NCBI GenBank assembly: GCA_902630945.1 | Contig: CACOWV010000001.1 | Location: 80,196 to 144,195, forward strand | DNA from: an uncultured Pelagibacteraceae bacterium | GTDB taxonomy: Bacteria > Pseudomonadota > Alphaproteobacteria > Pelagibacterales > Pelagibacteraceae | Length of the DNA: 64,000 bases | Direction of reading: 5' to 3' | Shown here: positions 51,292 through 61,030 of the stretch, in pieces | How positions within the stretch are numbered: the first letter of the stretch is position 1 | Layout: each line of letters begins with the position of its first letter | The notes under the pieces: model-generated | The model's database searches: none | What the model saw: the letters and a program-made list of their open reading frames with translations, nothing else | Told to the model about the DNA's origin: nothing | Program-made: the position numbers and the translations under genes

Positions 51292-51574
51292 CTTTATATT
51301 TCTCATGATCCACTGGTGGATCTTTTTTTTCAATTATTCTTGGCCAGATTTCAGAGTATTGTTTATTTACTTCTAACCATTTTTCACTGCCAGGTTCTGT
51401 TTCAGGTTTTATAGCATCAACAGGACATTCAGGCTCACAAACGCCACAATCTATACACTCATCCGGATTAATTACAAGCATATTTTCGCCTTCATAAAAA
51501 CAATCTACAGGACACACGTCTACACAGTCGGTATATTTACATTTGATACACTTGTCGTTAACGATGTATGTCAT
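51248..51574 (-). CDS. fdxA: 7Fe (3Fe-4S/4Fe-4S) ferredoxin
   Basis: [18 protein letters not shown]...[12 protein letters not shown]. Confidence 0.95.
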   Translation of the reverse strand: MTYIVNDKCIKCKYTDCVDVCPVDCFYEGENMLVINPDECIDCGVCEPECPVDAIKPETEPGSEKWLEVNKQYSEIWPRIIEKKDPPVDHEKYKDEQDKFEKYFKENI

Positions 51575-51975
51575 GATGAGTTTTGTTTTTTAAATTTATC
51601 TTTCATATCTCCTATAATTTTACTGTCAATATATAATAAACCTGTAAGTCTTCTCATTAAGCTTGTTTCATACATATCAGCATTTTTATCAGAGTAGATT
51701 ATTCGCCACAGTGTCTCTACTATTTTAACTTTATTTTCCATATCCATATTTTTTACTTCTCTGGTAAAATCTAATATTTGATTAGCATTCTCCTCAATAA
51801 TTTTAGCTTCTTCAATTAACGACTCTATCTCATTTATATTTGACCCCATTTTTATAAGAGCTTCTTTTATAATTTTTTCCTCTTTATCTGAATAATTTTC
51901 ATCGATTTTTGCAGCATGGATTAAGAGTGCTGCTACTTTTGCTAAATCTTTTTCCTTACTTTTTTTAAAAAACAT
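51571..51975 (-). CDS. TerB-family protein
   Basis: [18 protein letters not shown]...LWRIIYSD...[13 protein letters not shown]. Confidence 0.8.
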   Translation of the reverse strand: MFFKKSKEKDLAKVAALLIHAAKIDENYSDKEEKIIKEALIKMGSNINEIESLIEEAKIIEENANQILDFTREVKNMDMENKVKIVETLWRIIYSDKNADMYETSLMRRLTGLLYIDSKIIGDMKDKFKKQNSS

Positions 51976-51981
51976 AATTCT

Positions 51982-54462
51982 TTAATTAAAATCAAAGTCC
52001 TTTAAGATTTTAAAAGGACTTTCTTTTAAACTTTTTTTATAAGAAAATTTTTTCGTCTTTTTTTTAGGAAGGTATCTAAAAAACATTTCATCATTCTTTT
52101 CTATTATTTTGTAATTCATAATTTTAATTAGTTTTTTGAAATTATCTTTACTACAACCTAATAAATTGAGCATTTCGGGCACCATCTTAATTTCTTTCCC
52201 TTTATCAACATCTGAATCAATTATTTTGATAAATAACCTCTCCAGTATATCGATTCTTACAAAATAATTATCAAATTTTTCAAATCCGCAAAGTAGCATA
52301 AAACTTTCACTTTGATTTTTTTTATTTTCAAGAAAATTTAAACCAAAAGTAGGTGGACTTAAATTAAAATGTTTTTGATGATAATTTTTCCAAAGAAGCG
52401 TTCGTAAAGAGACAGCATCAGGTTTAATCAATTTATATAAAAAAATGTGATACCTTCCAAATTTAACCCCTAGATCCCTTAAAATTTTTCTTTCGTTTTG
52501 GCTCATATTTTTAAGATAATCACTTACTTGGTCTCTTTTAAGAACACCATTATTTTCATAAAGCTGAAAAGCTAAAGCTTTGATTGATGAATTATTTTCT
52601 TTTATATTTTTTAAATCAACTAAACTTTTTAAAATTGTTTCAATTTTATTTCTTAGCCATTTCTCAATAAAAATGATCAGCTTTTGTTTTTGATTTTGCT
52701 CCAAAATATCGTCTACAATTAATTCAAAATTTGGCGTTAAGTAATCTTTTCCTGATGTCAATTTAGCAATAGGTGAGTTTTTCCAATAAATTTTAAAATC
52801 GTTCTTTAACTCAATCAATCCCGTTTCGATTATAATTTGTATTCTTCTATAAAGTTCAGGGCCTATAGTTTGTCGAGCTGCTTTTTTTAGTGACTTAATA
52901 TCAGTTTCAAGAGCACCTTTTTTTAAATCTAATTCTAATTTTAAGCCATTAATTTTTCCTATGAATTGATCATCAATTATAACTTCATTATTTTCTAAAA
53001 TTTTTGTGTGAAATTCCATATCTTGTTTTAGACCTCTTGAAAGAACGCTAGCTCTTTTATCAATAAATGTTTTTGTAAGTTCTTCATGAAGCCTGTCTGA
53101 AAGTTTATCTTCTAAAATTTTTGTTTTTTCAATCCAATAATTTTGATTTTCTACCCAATTATTTTTATTTGAAACATATGACCAAGTTCTTACATTTGCA
53201 ATTCTATTTGACAAAGAGTCAACATTTCCATCTAATTTGTTAAGTTTCATCAATTGTAGATGCATATATTCATCTGTAATATTGCCTTTTTCACTGATTA
53301 AATATTTAAATACGTTTTTAATTACCTCATAGTGGTTACCATAAGTCTTTTTAACAAAGTCGGGTATTTGACAGCATTCCCAAAGTAATTTTAGTTCTTT
53401 GTCATCAAAGTTGTTATTTAAAAAAGTTTCATCTCTAAGAAAAAATTTTAATGCCTTTTCATCCTCTCGTTCATGAATTTTTCTAAGCCAATTTTTTTGT
53501 GGTTTTTCATCTAAAGATTTTAATAGAGATGAATGATTATTAAAATTGAGGTTTGAATTTCTCCAAAATAATGTTTGTATTTCCTCGAATTTATGATTTT
53601 CAAGCAGATCAACTTCTTCAGCATTAATTTCTTTGCATTGGCCGGTAATGCCAAAACTACCATTATTAAGATATCTTCCTGCTCTTCCTGCTATTTGACC
53701 TATTTCTGACAGATTTAATTTTCGAGATTTTTTTCCATCAAATTTTTTTAAATTAGAAAAATAAACGTTATCTAAATCCATATTAATACCCATTCCAATA
53801 GCATCTGTAGCAACTAAAAAATCGACGTCACCTGATTGATAAAGATTGACTTGTGCATTTCTCGTTTTTGGACTTAAGGAGCCCATCACGATGGCAGCCC
53901 CACCTTTTTGTCTTCTTATAAGCTCTGCAATTGCGTAAACTTCCTCAGCTGAAAAAGCAATAATTGCAGTTTTTCTATCTATTCTTGAAATTTTTTTATG
54001 ACCTGAATAAGAAAGTTTAGATAATCTTTTTCTATCTATAAACTCTATATCATCATCTAATTTCGTAATTATATTTTTAATTGTATTAGATCCCATAAAC
54101 ATTGTTAATTTAACTCCCCTTAAATTTAACAATCGATCTGTAAAAATATGTCCTCTTTCATGATCTGAACACATCTGTATTTCATCTATACCAACAAAAT
54201 CTAATTGCTTGTCAATTGGCATAGATTCTACTGTGCATAGGAAATACTTAGCGTTAGATGGAATAATCTTTTCTTCTCCTGTGATCAACGCAACTTTATC
54301 AATGTTTGTTTTTTTTATTACTTTGTCGTAAATTTCTCTTGCAAGCAATCTTAGCGGAAACCCAATCATACCACTGTCAAAGGAGAGCATTGTTTCAATT
54401 GCTAAATGAGTTTTACCAGTGTTTGTCGGTCCAAGAACGGCAGTAATTTTATTTTTAGTCAT
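51982..54462 (-). CDS. SUV3-like superfamily II helicase (MgpS-like)
   Basis: LGPTNTGKTH, IDEIQ, ATDAIGMGIN, QIAGRAGR. Confidence 0.92.
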   Translation of the reverse strand: MTKNKITAVLGPTNTGKTHLAIETMLSFDSGMIGFPLRLLAREIYDKVIKKTNIDKVALITGEEKIIPSNAKYFLCTVESMPIDKQLDFVGIDEIQMCSDHERGHIFTDRLLNLRGVKLTMFMGSNTIKNIITKLDDDIEFIDRKRLSKLSYSGHKKISRIDRKTAIIAFSAEEVYAIAELIRRQKGGAAIVMGSLSPKTRNAQVNLYQSGDVDFLVATDAIGMGINMDLDNVYFSNLKKFDGKKSRKLNLSEIGQIAGRAGRYLNNGSFGITGQCKEINAEEVDLLENHKFEEIQTLFWRNSNLNFNNHSSLLKSLDEKPQKNWLRKIHEREDEKALKFFLRDETFLNNNFDDKELKLLWECCQIPDFVKKTYGNHYEVIKNVFKYLISEKGNITDEYMHLQLMKLNKLDGNVDSLSNRIANVRTWSYVSNKNNWVENQNYWIEKTKILEDKLSDRLHEELTKTFIDKRASVLSRGLKQDMEFHTKILENNEVIIDDQFIGKINGLKLELDLKKGALETDIKSLKKAARQTIGPELYRRIQIIIETGLIELKNDFKIYWKNSPIAKLTSGKDYLTPNFELIVDDILEQNQKQKLIIFIEKWLRNKIETILKSLVDLKNIKENNSSIKALAFQLYENNGVLKRDQVSDYLKNMSQNERKILRDLGVKFGRYHIFLYKLIKPDAVSLRTLLWKNYHQKHFNLSPPTFGLNFLENKKNQSESFMLLCGFEKFDNYFVRIDILERLFIKIIDSDVDKGKEIKMVPEMLNLLGCSKDNFKKLIKIMNYKIIEKNDEMFFRYLPKKKTKKFSYKKSLKESPFKILKDFDFN

Positions 54463-54646
54463 TTCTATCTTTGGTATAGTTTTATTTTTACCTACCAGAT
54501 ATAGTTAGTGCTAAAGAACAAAAATAGACTAAAACATGACCGAATCAGAGGGTAAAAAGTTCTCATTTTTACTTTAATTAAAAAAACATTTTAACATAAT
54601 ATTATGATTTCAAAACATAAATTCAAAATATTAATTTGAAAATAAT

Positions 54647-55072
54647 TTAGCCCCCAGGACCTAAATCTGATGGCTTAATTTTTAAAATTTTCCAAACACC
54701 TGAAGCAGAAGTAATAATTTTATTATTACTTTTTAATTCACAAAATAAGAATACTAGAGTTTTAGTTTTTTTGAGGATTTTTACATTTCCAATAACTTCA
54801 TCACCTGCTTTTGATGATCCTATAAATTTAAGGTCCAACGAAATAGTAACACAAGGAGCATTATCTACTGATCTATGTGCAGCTGTCCCGGCACCAGCAT
54901 CGACTAAGGCACAAAGATATCCACCATGTGTTATACCTGCTGCATTTAGGTGGTTATCGTTAATAGTAGATTTAAATTCAAACTTTGTTTCTGAAATATT
55001 TCTAAACAAAATCCCACCATTATGTTTCATAAATCCTTTTTTTAAACTAATTTGTTCAAATTTTTCGGTCAT
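54647..55072 (-). CDS. PaaI-family thioesterase
   Basis: HLNAAGITHGGYLCALVD hotdog-fold motif. Confidence 0.9.
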   Translation of the reverse strand: MTEKFEQISLKKGFMKHNGGILFRNISETKFEFKSTINDNHLNAAGITHGGYLCALVDAGAGTAAHRSVDNAPCVTISLDLKFIGSSKAGDEVIGNVKILKKTKTLVFLFCELKSNNKIITSASGVWKILKIKPSDLGPGG

Positions 55073-55078
55073 AATTTT

Positions 55079-55174
55079 TTATAATATAAAAGTTAAAATT
55101 AATATAATTATAAATATAATCAAAAAAAAATATATAACTGACATCTTAAGAGAGATCCTAAATAGCCATTTCAC
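55079..55174 (-). CDS. Putative 31-aa single-TM small protein
   Basis: GTG start: MKWLFRISLKMSVIYFFLIIFIIILILTFIL; AAGGT upstream; fills the tRNA-Arg to thioesterase gap. Confidence 0.4.
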   Translation of the reverse strand: MKWLFRISLKMSVIYFFLIIFIIILILTFIL

Positions 55175-55191
55175 TATACTTTACCTTTTTT

Positions 55192-55268
55192 TGGTGCGCC
55201 TGCTAGGAGTTGAACCCAGAACCTCCTGGTCCGTAGCCAAGCGCTCTATCCAATTGAGCTACAGGCGC
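55192..55268 (-). tRNA. tRNA-Arg(ACG)
   Basis: Minus strand GCGCCTG...CTTGG-CTACGGA-CCAGG...GGTTCAACTCC...CAGGCGC-ACCA. Confidence 0.97.
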
Positions 55269-55340
55269 AATTTTTAATTTTATTTGATTATAGTATATCA
55301 ATTTTTAGTGTATTTTAACGATAAGATAATTTTTAAAATT

Positions 55341-56516
55341 ATGAGCAATATATCAAAAGAAGTTGTCATTGTTGGTGCTGTAAGAACTCCTATAGGCACT
55401 TATAAAGGTTCATTAAAAAGAATGAAATCAGATCAACTAGGATCAATTGTTATAAATAAAGTTCTAAAAGATGCTAAATTTAAAAAAGAAGAGATAGATG
55501 AAGTAATTATGGGACAGGTTTTAACTACTGGAAGCGGACAAAATCCAGCTCGACAAGCTGCAATAAATGCGGGCATACCAATTTCAAAACCAGCCCATAT
55601 AATTAATCAAGTATGTGGATCAGGACTAAGAGCGGTTATATCTGGTTATCAATCAATAAAACTAGGTGAGGTAAAAAATGTAATTTCAGGTGGCCAGGAA
55701 AATATGTCAATTGTTCCCCACTCGATTTATTATCAAGATAAAGAAAAAATTTCACAAGATCAGCTTATCGATACAATGATCAATGATGGATTAATAGATG
55801 CATTCAATAATTATCACATGGGGGTAACAGCTGAAAATGTTGCAAAAAAATTTAATATAACTAGAAAAGAACAAGATGAATTTGCCCTGAATTCTCAAAA
55901 AAAAACAGAAGCTGCGATTAAAAATAATAAATTCTATGATGAAATAATTCAAATAAACCAAGATGGAAATATTTTATATAAAGATGAACACCCAAGATTA
56001 GGATTAAAACTATCTGACTTAGAAAAACTAAAAACTGTCTTTAAAGAAAATGGAACAGTCACACCAGGAAATTCTTCAGGAATAAATGATGGAGCTGCTG
56101 CGTTACTTTTAACTACTTTAGAAGAGGCACAAAAAAAATCTCTTAAACCATTAGCAAAAATAATTTCATGGTCTTCAGTTGGCATTGATCCTAGTTTAAT
56201 GGGCTTAGGGCCTATACTAGCTGTTAGTGAAGCCGTAAAAAAAGCAAAATGGAATTTAAATGAAATTGATCTGTTTGAAATAAATGAGGCTTTTGCTGCA
56301 CAGAGTATTGCTGTAATCCGAGAATTAGGAATAGATCAAAATAAAGTAAATGTAAACGGAGGTGCAATTTCGCTTGGACATCCTATTGGTGCTTCAGGAG
56401 CAAGAATACTTGTAACCTTGATACATGAAATGAGGAGACAAAAGAAAGATAAAGGTTGTGCAACACTCTGTATAGGTGGTGGAATGGGTATAGCTATGTG
56501 TATTGAGAGAATTTAG
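55341..56516 (+). CDS. Acetyl-CoA C-acetyltransferase (thiolase)
   Basis: RTPIG, NQVCGSGL, NEAFAAQ, GHPIGASG, CIGGGMG; ATG 55341 preferred. Confidence 0.95.
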   Translation: MSNISKEVVIVGAVRTPIGTYKGSLKRMKSDQLGSIVINKVLKDAKFKKEEIDEVIMGQVLTTGSGQNPARQAAINAGIPISKPAHIINQVCGSGLRAVISGYQSIKLGEVKNVISGGQENMSIVPHSIYYQDKEKISQDQLIDTMINDGLIDAFNNYHMGVTAENVAKKFNITRKEQDEFALNSQKKTEAAIKNNKFYDEIIQINQDGNILYKDEHPRLGLKLSDLEKLKTVFKENGTVTPGNSSGINDGAAALLLTTLEEAQKKSLKPLAKIISWSSVGIDPSLMGLGPILAVSEAVKKAKWNLNEIDLFEINEAFAAQSIAVIRELGIDQNKVNVNGGAISLGHPIGASGARILVTLIHEMRRQKKDKGCATLCIGGGMGIAMCIERI

Positions 56517-56629
56517 GAATTAATTTTTCCGTATTTCTCCTCTAGTAAAATTTTTTGTATCCATATTTTAGCATCAATATAACTGCTAACTTTTGGTTGA
56601 ATAAGTGCATTTAATAACTTTTTAATCAT
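56513..56629 (-). CDS. Putative 38-aa small protein
   Basis: MIKKLLNALIQPKVSSYIDAKIWIQKILLEEKYGKINS; its stop overlaps the thiolase stop by 4 nt. Confidence 0.5.
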   Translation of the reverse strand: MIKKLLNALIQPKVSSYIDAKIWIQKILLEEKYGKINS

Positions 56630-56724
56630 TTTTGAAGCATGTACGTAAAGAGTGTCAAAAAATTGAACAGAATGTGTTAAGATTGGAAATTATCAAGATT
56701 TTTATAGTGTATGAGGCATAAAAA

Positions 56725-59700
56725 ATGACTGAAAAATTATTAGTTCCAGATATTGGTGATTTTGAAAATGTTGAGGTAATTGAACTTCTTGTAAAAGAAG
56801 GACAAGAAATAAAAAAAAATGATCCAGTAGTAACTATAGAAAGTGATAAATCTAGCGTTGAAATACCATCAACTCTTTCAGGAAAAATTGATTCTATTAA
56901 AGTAAAAGTTGGAGATAAAGTTTCAAAAGGTGACTTACTTCTTAATATCTTAAGTTTTGATCAAAAATCTATATCTGCTAAAGATGTTCCAAAAAATACA
57001 GAAAATTTAATTCAAGAAGCTGAAAATTCATTGAAAAAAAATCAAGTACAAAGCAAATCAATACAAGACATTAAAAAAGAAAAACCAGAGATAATTCAGA
57101 TTGTTAACGATGGAGATATTGATCCACTGGAAACGAGTGAATGGCTAGATTCACTTTCATCAGTTATAGAAAAAGATGGCAATCAAAGAGCACATTATCT
57201 AATTAAAGAATTGATTAATAAAGCATATATGGAGGGGGCTAATATTCCGTATACACAAAACACCCCATATATAAATACAATTCCAGCAAATGAAGAAAAA
57301 AAATCTAATGGTGATCAAAATATTGAAAGAAGAATAAGATCATTAATAAGATGGAACGCTGCAGCAATGGTTGTGAGAGCTAATAAAAAATTTCCTGAAC
57401 TTGGAGGACATATCGGAACTTTTGCATCAGCAGCAACTCTATATGATGTTGGGATGAATCATTTTTGGAGAGCTAAAAATAATAAATTTGGAGGTGATTT
57501 AGTTTATTTTCAAGGTCATAGCGCACCAGGTATGTACGCAAGAGCTTTTCTAGAGGGAAGACTAAATGAAAAACAATTAGATAGCTTTAGACAAGAGGTT
57601 AATCCTGGCGGTTTGTCATCGTATCCACATCCTTGGTTAATGCCAAACTTTTGGCAATTTCCAACGGTGTCAATGGGACTGGGCCCAATGCTAGCAATCT
57701 ATCAAGCGAGATATATGAAGTATTTGATTAATAGAGGCTTAATTAAGGATGAAGGGAGAAAAGTTTGGGCATTTTTGGGAGATGGAGAGATGGATGAGCC
57801 AGAGTCTTTAGGTGCTATCGGTTTAGCTGCCAGAGAAAAATTAGATAATTTAATATTTGTAGTTAATTGTAATCTTCAAAGGTTAGATGGACCTGTGCGA
57901 GGAAATGGAAAAATAATACAAGAACTAGAGGGAATTTTTCGAGGAGCAGGGTGGAACGTTATAAAGGTAATATGGGGTTCATACTGGGATCAATTATTAG
58001 CCAATGATAGAACAGGACATCTAGTAAAAACAATGAACGAAACAGTTGATGGTGAGTATCAGGCCATGAAAGCAAGAGATGGTATGTATGTTAGAGAAAA
58101 ATTTTTTGGAAAATATAAAGAAACTAAAGAATTAGTTTCAAGTCTTTCTGATAAAGATATTTGGAGACTAAATAGGGGTGGCCATGATCCTCACAAAGTT
58201 TTTGCTGCATATGATAAGGCATCCAAAAATATTGGAAGCCCAACAGTGGTAATTGCTAAGACTATAAAAGGTTATGGTATGGGTAAAAGTGGAGAAAGTG
58301 TTAACACTACTCATCAGACGAAAAAATTAGATGTTGATGATTTAATGTATTACAGAGATAGGTTTGATGTTCCTTTAACAGACCAACAGGTTAAAAATAT
58401 TGAATATTATAAGCCTGATCCAAATTCTATAGAAATAAAATATTTGAAAGAAAGAAGACTTCAGTTAGGAGGGTATATTCCTGAAAGAACTAGTTATGCA
58501 AAGCCAATCAAAGCTCCTCCAAAGGATATATTTGATAACATGAAAGTTTCTACTGGGAAAAAGGAAATGTCCACTACAATGGCATTAGTGCGAATGTTGA
58601 CTAATTTATTAAGAGATAAAAATGTTGCACCTCGTTTGGTACCAATTATCCCTGATGAAGCTAGAACATTTGGTATGGAGGGCTTCTTTCAAAAAGTAGG
58701 AATTTATGCCCATGAAGGTCAAAAATATGAGCCCGAAGACTCTGCACAATTAAGTTCTTATAGAGAGGAAAAAAGTGGTCAAGTTTTAGAAGAAGGAATT
58801 ACGGAAGCTGGAGCAATGTCTTCTTGGATCGCAGCTGGAACTTCATATACAAATCATGATATTGAAATGATTCCTATCTATCTTTTTTATTCAATGTTTG
58901 GATTTCAAAGAATAGGGGATCTTGCTTGGGCAGGTGCAGACAGTCAATCTAGAGGATTTTTGATTGGTGCTACAGCTGGAAGAACAACCTTAGCAGGAGA
59001 AGGTTTGCAACATCAGGATGGACATAGTCATCTTATTGCATCAACAATTCCCAACTGTGTATCTTATGATCCAACTTTTCATTATGAGCTTGCAGTTATT
59101 TTTAGGGAAGGAATGAAAAGGATGCATGAAAAAAAAGAGAATATTTTTTATTATATTACAACTATGAATGAAAATTATCCTCATCCAGCTATGCCAAAAG
59201 ATAAATCATGTGAAGAAGGAATTTTAAAAGGAATGTATAAAATTAAAGAATTTAATAAATATAAAAAAACAAAAATTCAATTTTTGGGATCTGGCACTAT
59301 TTTAAGAGAAATGATTGCAGGAGCCGAAATATTACAGAAAGAATATCAAATAGATAGTGAGATTTGGAGTGTAACAAGTTTTAATGAGTTGAGAAAAGAT
59401 GGTCTAGAAGTAGAAAGATATAATCTTTTAAATCCAGATAAGGAGCCAAAGAAGTCTTATGTTGAAAAATGTTTAGGCAAAACCGAAGGACCTATTTTGG
59501 CTGCTTCGGACTACATGAGAATGAATTCAGACCAAATTAGACCCTATATTGATAAAAGTTTTTATTCATTAGGAACAGACGGGTTTGGGCGAAGCGACAC
59601 AAGAAAAAATCTTAGAAACTTCTTTGAAGTTGATAAGGAGCATGTTGCTACTTATGGATTAAGTGTATTAGCAAAAGAACAGCTGATAGCCTCTAAATAT

Positions 59701-59763
59701 GTCAAAGAGGCAATTAAAAAATATAAAATTAATGTTAATAAGCCAATGCCAACTAAATTATAA
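56725..59763 (+). CDS. aceE: Pyruvate dehydrogenase E1, homodimeric type, with N-terminal lipoyl domain
   Basis: Lipoyl ESDKSSVE at the N-terminus; DIDPLETSEW, GLSSYPHP, GDGEMDEPES, GEGLQHQDG. Confidence 0.96.
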   Translation: MTEKLLVPDIGDFENVEVIELLVKEGQEIKKNDPVVTIESDKSSVEIPSTLSGKIDSIKVKVGDKVSKGDLLLNILSFDQKSISAKDVPKNTENLIQEAENSLKKNQVQSKSIQDIKKEKPEIIQIVNDGDIDPLETSEWLDSLSSVIEKDGNQRAHYLIKELINKAYMEGANIPYTQNTPYINTIPANEEKKSNGDQNIERRIRSLIRWNAAAMVVRANKKFPELGGHIGTFASAATLYDVGMNHFWRAKNNKFGGDLVYFQGHSAPGMYARAFLEGRLNEKQLDSFRQEVNPGGLSSYPHPWLMPNFWQFPTVSMGLGPMLAIYQARYMKYLINRGLIKDEGRKVWAFLGDGEMDEPESLGAIGLAAREKLDNLIFVVNCNLQRLDGPVRGNGKIIQELEGIFRGAGWNVIKVIWGSYWDQLLANDRTGHLVKTMNETVDGEYQAMKARDGMYVREKFFGKYKETKELVSSLSDKDIWRLNRGGHDPHKVFAAYDKASKNIGSPTVVIAKTIKGYGMGKSGESVNTTHQTKKLDVDDLMYYRDRFDVPLTDQQVKNIEYYKPDPNSIEIKYLKERRLQLGGYIPERTSYAKPIKAPPKDIFDNMKVSTGKKEMSTTMALVRMLTNLLRDKNVAPRLVPIIPDEARTFGMEGFFQKVGIYAHEGQKYEPEDSAQLSSYREEKSGQVLEEGITEAGAMSSWIAAGTSYTNHDIEMIPIYLFYSMFGFQRIGDLAWAGADSQSRGFLIGATAGRTTLAGEGLQHQDGHSHLIASTIPNCVSYDPTFHYELAVIFREGMKRMHEKKENIFYYITTMNENYPHPAMPKDKSCEEGILKGMYKIKEFNKYKKTKIQFLGSGTILREMIAGAEILQKEYQIDSEIWSVTSFNELRKDGLEVERYNLLNPDKEPKKSYVEKCLGKTEGPILAASDYMRMNSDQIRPYIDKSFYSLGTDGFGRSDTRKNLRNFFEVDKEHVATYGLSVLAKEQLIASKYVKEAIKKYKINVNKPMPTKL

Positions 59764-61022
59764 TGCCAGAAATAGAAATAAAAGTACCAAACATTGGAGA
59801 CTTTAAAGATGTAGAGGTGATAGAAGTTTTAGTCTCTGAGGGTCAGTCTTTAAAAAAAAATGATCCTTTAATAACGATAGAGAGTGATAAATCCAGCGTA
59901 GAAATTCCCTCAAATTTTGATGGTAAAATTAAAACTTTAAAAATAAACGTTGGAGATAAAGTTTCAGAGGGTGACTTAATTTTAATTTTAGAAACTATTA
60001 ACGAAGCACAGGAAAAAGTTATAAAAAAACCAGAAATTGAAAAAATGATTAAAAAGACCCAAGAAATTAAACCAGAACCTAAGGAGGCTTCAATAAATCA
60101 AAATAAAGTTTTCAATATACCATCTGCAAGTCCAAGAGTTCGAAAATTTGCTAGAGAACTCGGTGTAGATATTAGTCAAGTTCCTGGCAGTGAACGTAAA
60201 GGTAGAGTTATTGAGAGTGATGTAAAATTATTTGTAGCTTCGAAATCTAAAAGTTTAGTTAATAGTGAAAATAAAAGGAAAGAAAATATAAAACAAGAAT
60301 TCACCCATTCAGAGTTTGGAGAGGTAGAAATAAAAGATATACCAAGAATTAAAAAATTATCTTCAAAATATTTAATGAACTCATGGACAAATATTCCACA
60401 TGTGACTAATCATGATGAGGCAGATATCACAGAGCTAGAAGAATTTAGAACATCGCTGACTGACATATACACTGGAGAAAAAAAAAAGGTTACACCTTTA
60501 GCTTTCATTGTTAAAGCTTTGACTGCATCATTAAAAAAATTTCCAAACTTTAATAGCTCCATTGATGATATTGATGACGGAAAAATGACTGTCAAAAAAT
60601 ATTATCATATAGGAATAGCTGTAGATACCCCACATGGGTTAATGGTTCCAAAACTAAGGAACGCAGATAATAAAAATATTAATCTCATAAGTTCTGAACT
60701 TAAAAATCTTAGTGATCAATGTAGAAATCTTAAGATTGATAAAAAAGAATTATTTGGTGGATCTATGACAATAACAAGTTTAGGTGGAATTGGTGGATCG
60801 TTTTTCACGCCTATTATAAATTTTCCTGAAGTTGCAATTTTAGGAATTGGAAGATCTGAAAAAAAACAAGTTTTCTTAAATGGAAAATTTGTTACAAGGA
60901 CCATCTTGCCCTTATCTTTGTCTTACGATCATAGAATTATTGATGGTGCAGAAGCAGCGCGTTTTAATAATGAGTTAAAGGAAAATTTAGGAAAAAACTT
61001 TGCTTATAAGTTAGCTATCTAA
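59763..61022 (+). CDS. aceF: Dihydrolipoamide acetyltransferase (PDH E2), single lipoyl domain
   Basis: ESDKSSVE, ASPRVRKFARELG, SLSYDHRIIDGA. Confidence 0.95.
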   Translation: MPEIEIKVPNIGDFKDVEVIEVLVSEGQSLKKNDPLITIESDKSSVEIPSNFDGKIKTLKINVGDKVSEGDLILILETINEAQEKVIKKPEIEKMIKKTQEIKPEPKEASINQNKVFNIPSASPRVRKFARELGVDISQVPGSERKGRVIESDVKLFVASKSKSLVNSENKRKENIKQEFTHSEFGEVEIKDIPRIKKLSSKYLMNSWTNIPHVTNHDEADITELEEFRTSLTDIYTGEKKKVTPLAFIVKALTASLKKFPNFNSSIDDIDDGKMTVKKYYHIGIAVDTPHGLMVPKLRNADNKNINLISSELKNLSDQCRNLKIDKKELFGGSMTITSLGGIGGSFFTPIINFPEVAILGIGRSEKKQVFLNGKFVTRTILPLSLSYDHRIIDGAEAARFNNELKENLGKNFAYKLAI

Positions 61023-61030
61023 AAAGAATT

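Noticed and set aside
54516-54546. Possible LexA box (GAAC-N7-GAAC) upstream of the helicase
   Set aside because: Best match GAAC-N7-GACT has a degenerate second half-site, too weak to call
54589-54616. dif-like site (TTTTAACATAA resembles a reversed XerD arm) and palindrome CATAATATTATG
   Set aside because: The second arm is 2 nt away rather than 6 nt, so dif geometry fails; the palindrome is nearly all A/T and could be chance
48302-55268. Genomic island bounded by the two tRNAs
   Set aside because: No integrase or duplicated tRNA 3' end; content is housekeeping
54771-55277. 168-aa plus-strand ORF and the other short antisense or alternate-frame ORFs in the track (e.g. 145-384, 22507-22938, 28245-28613, 50412-50690)
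   Set aside because: They are shadow frames of well-supported genes or a tRNA, with no motifs of their own
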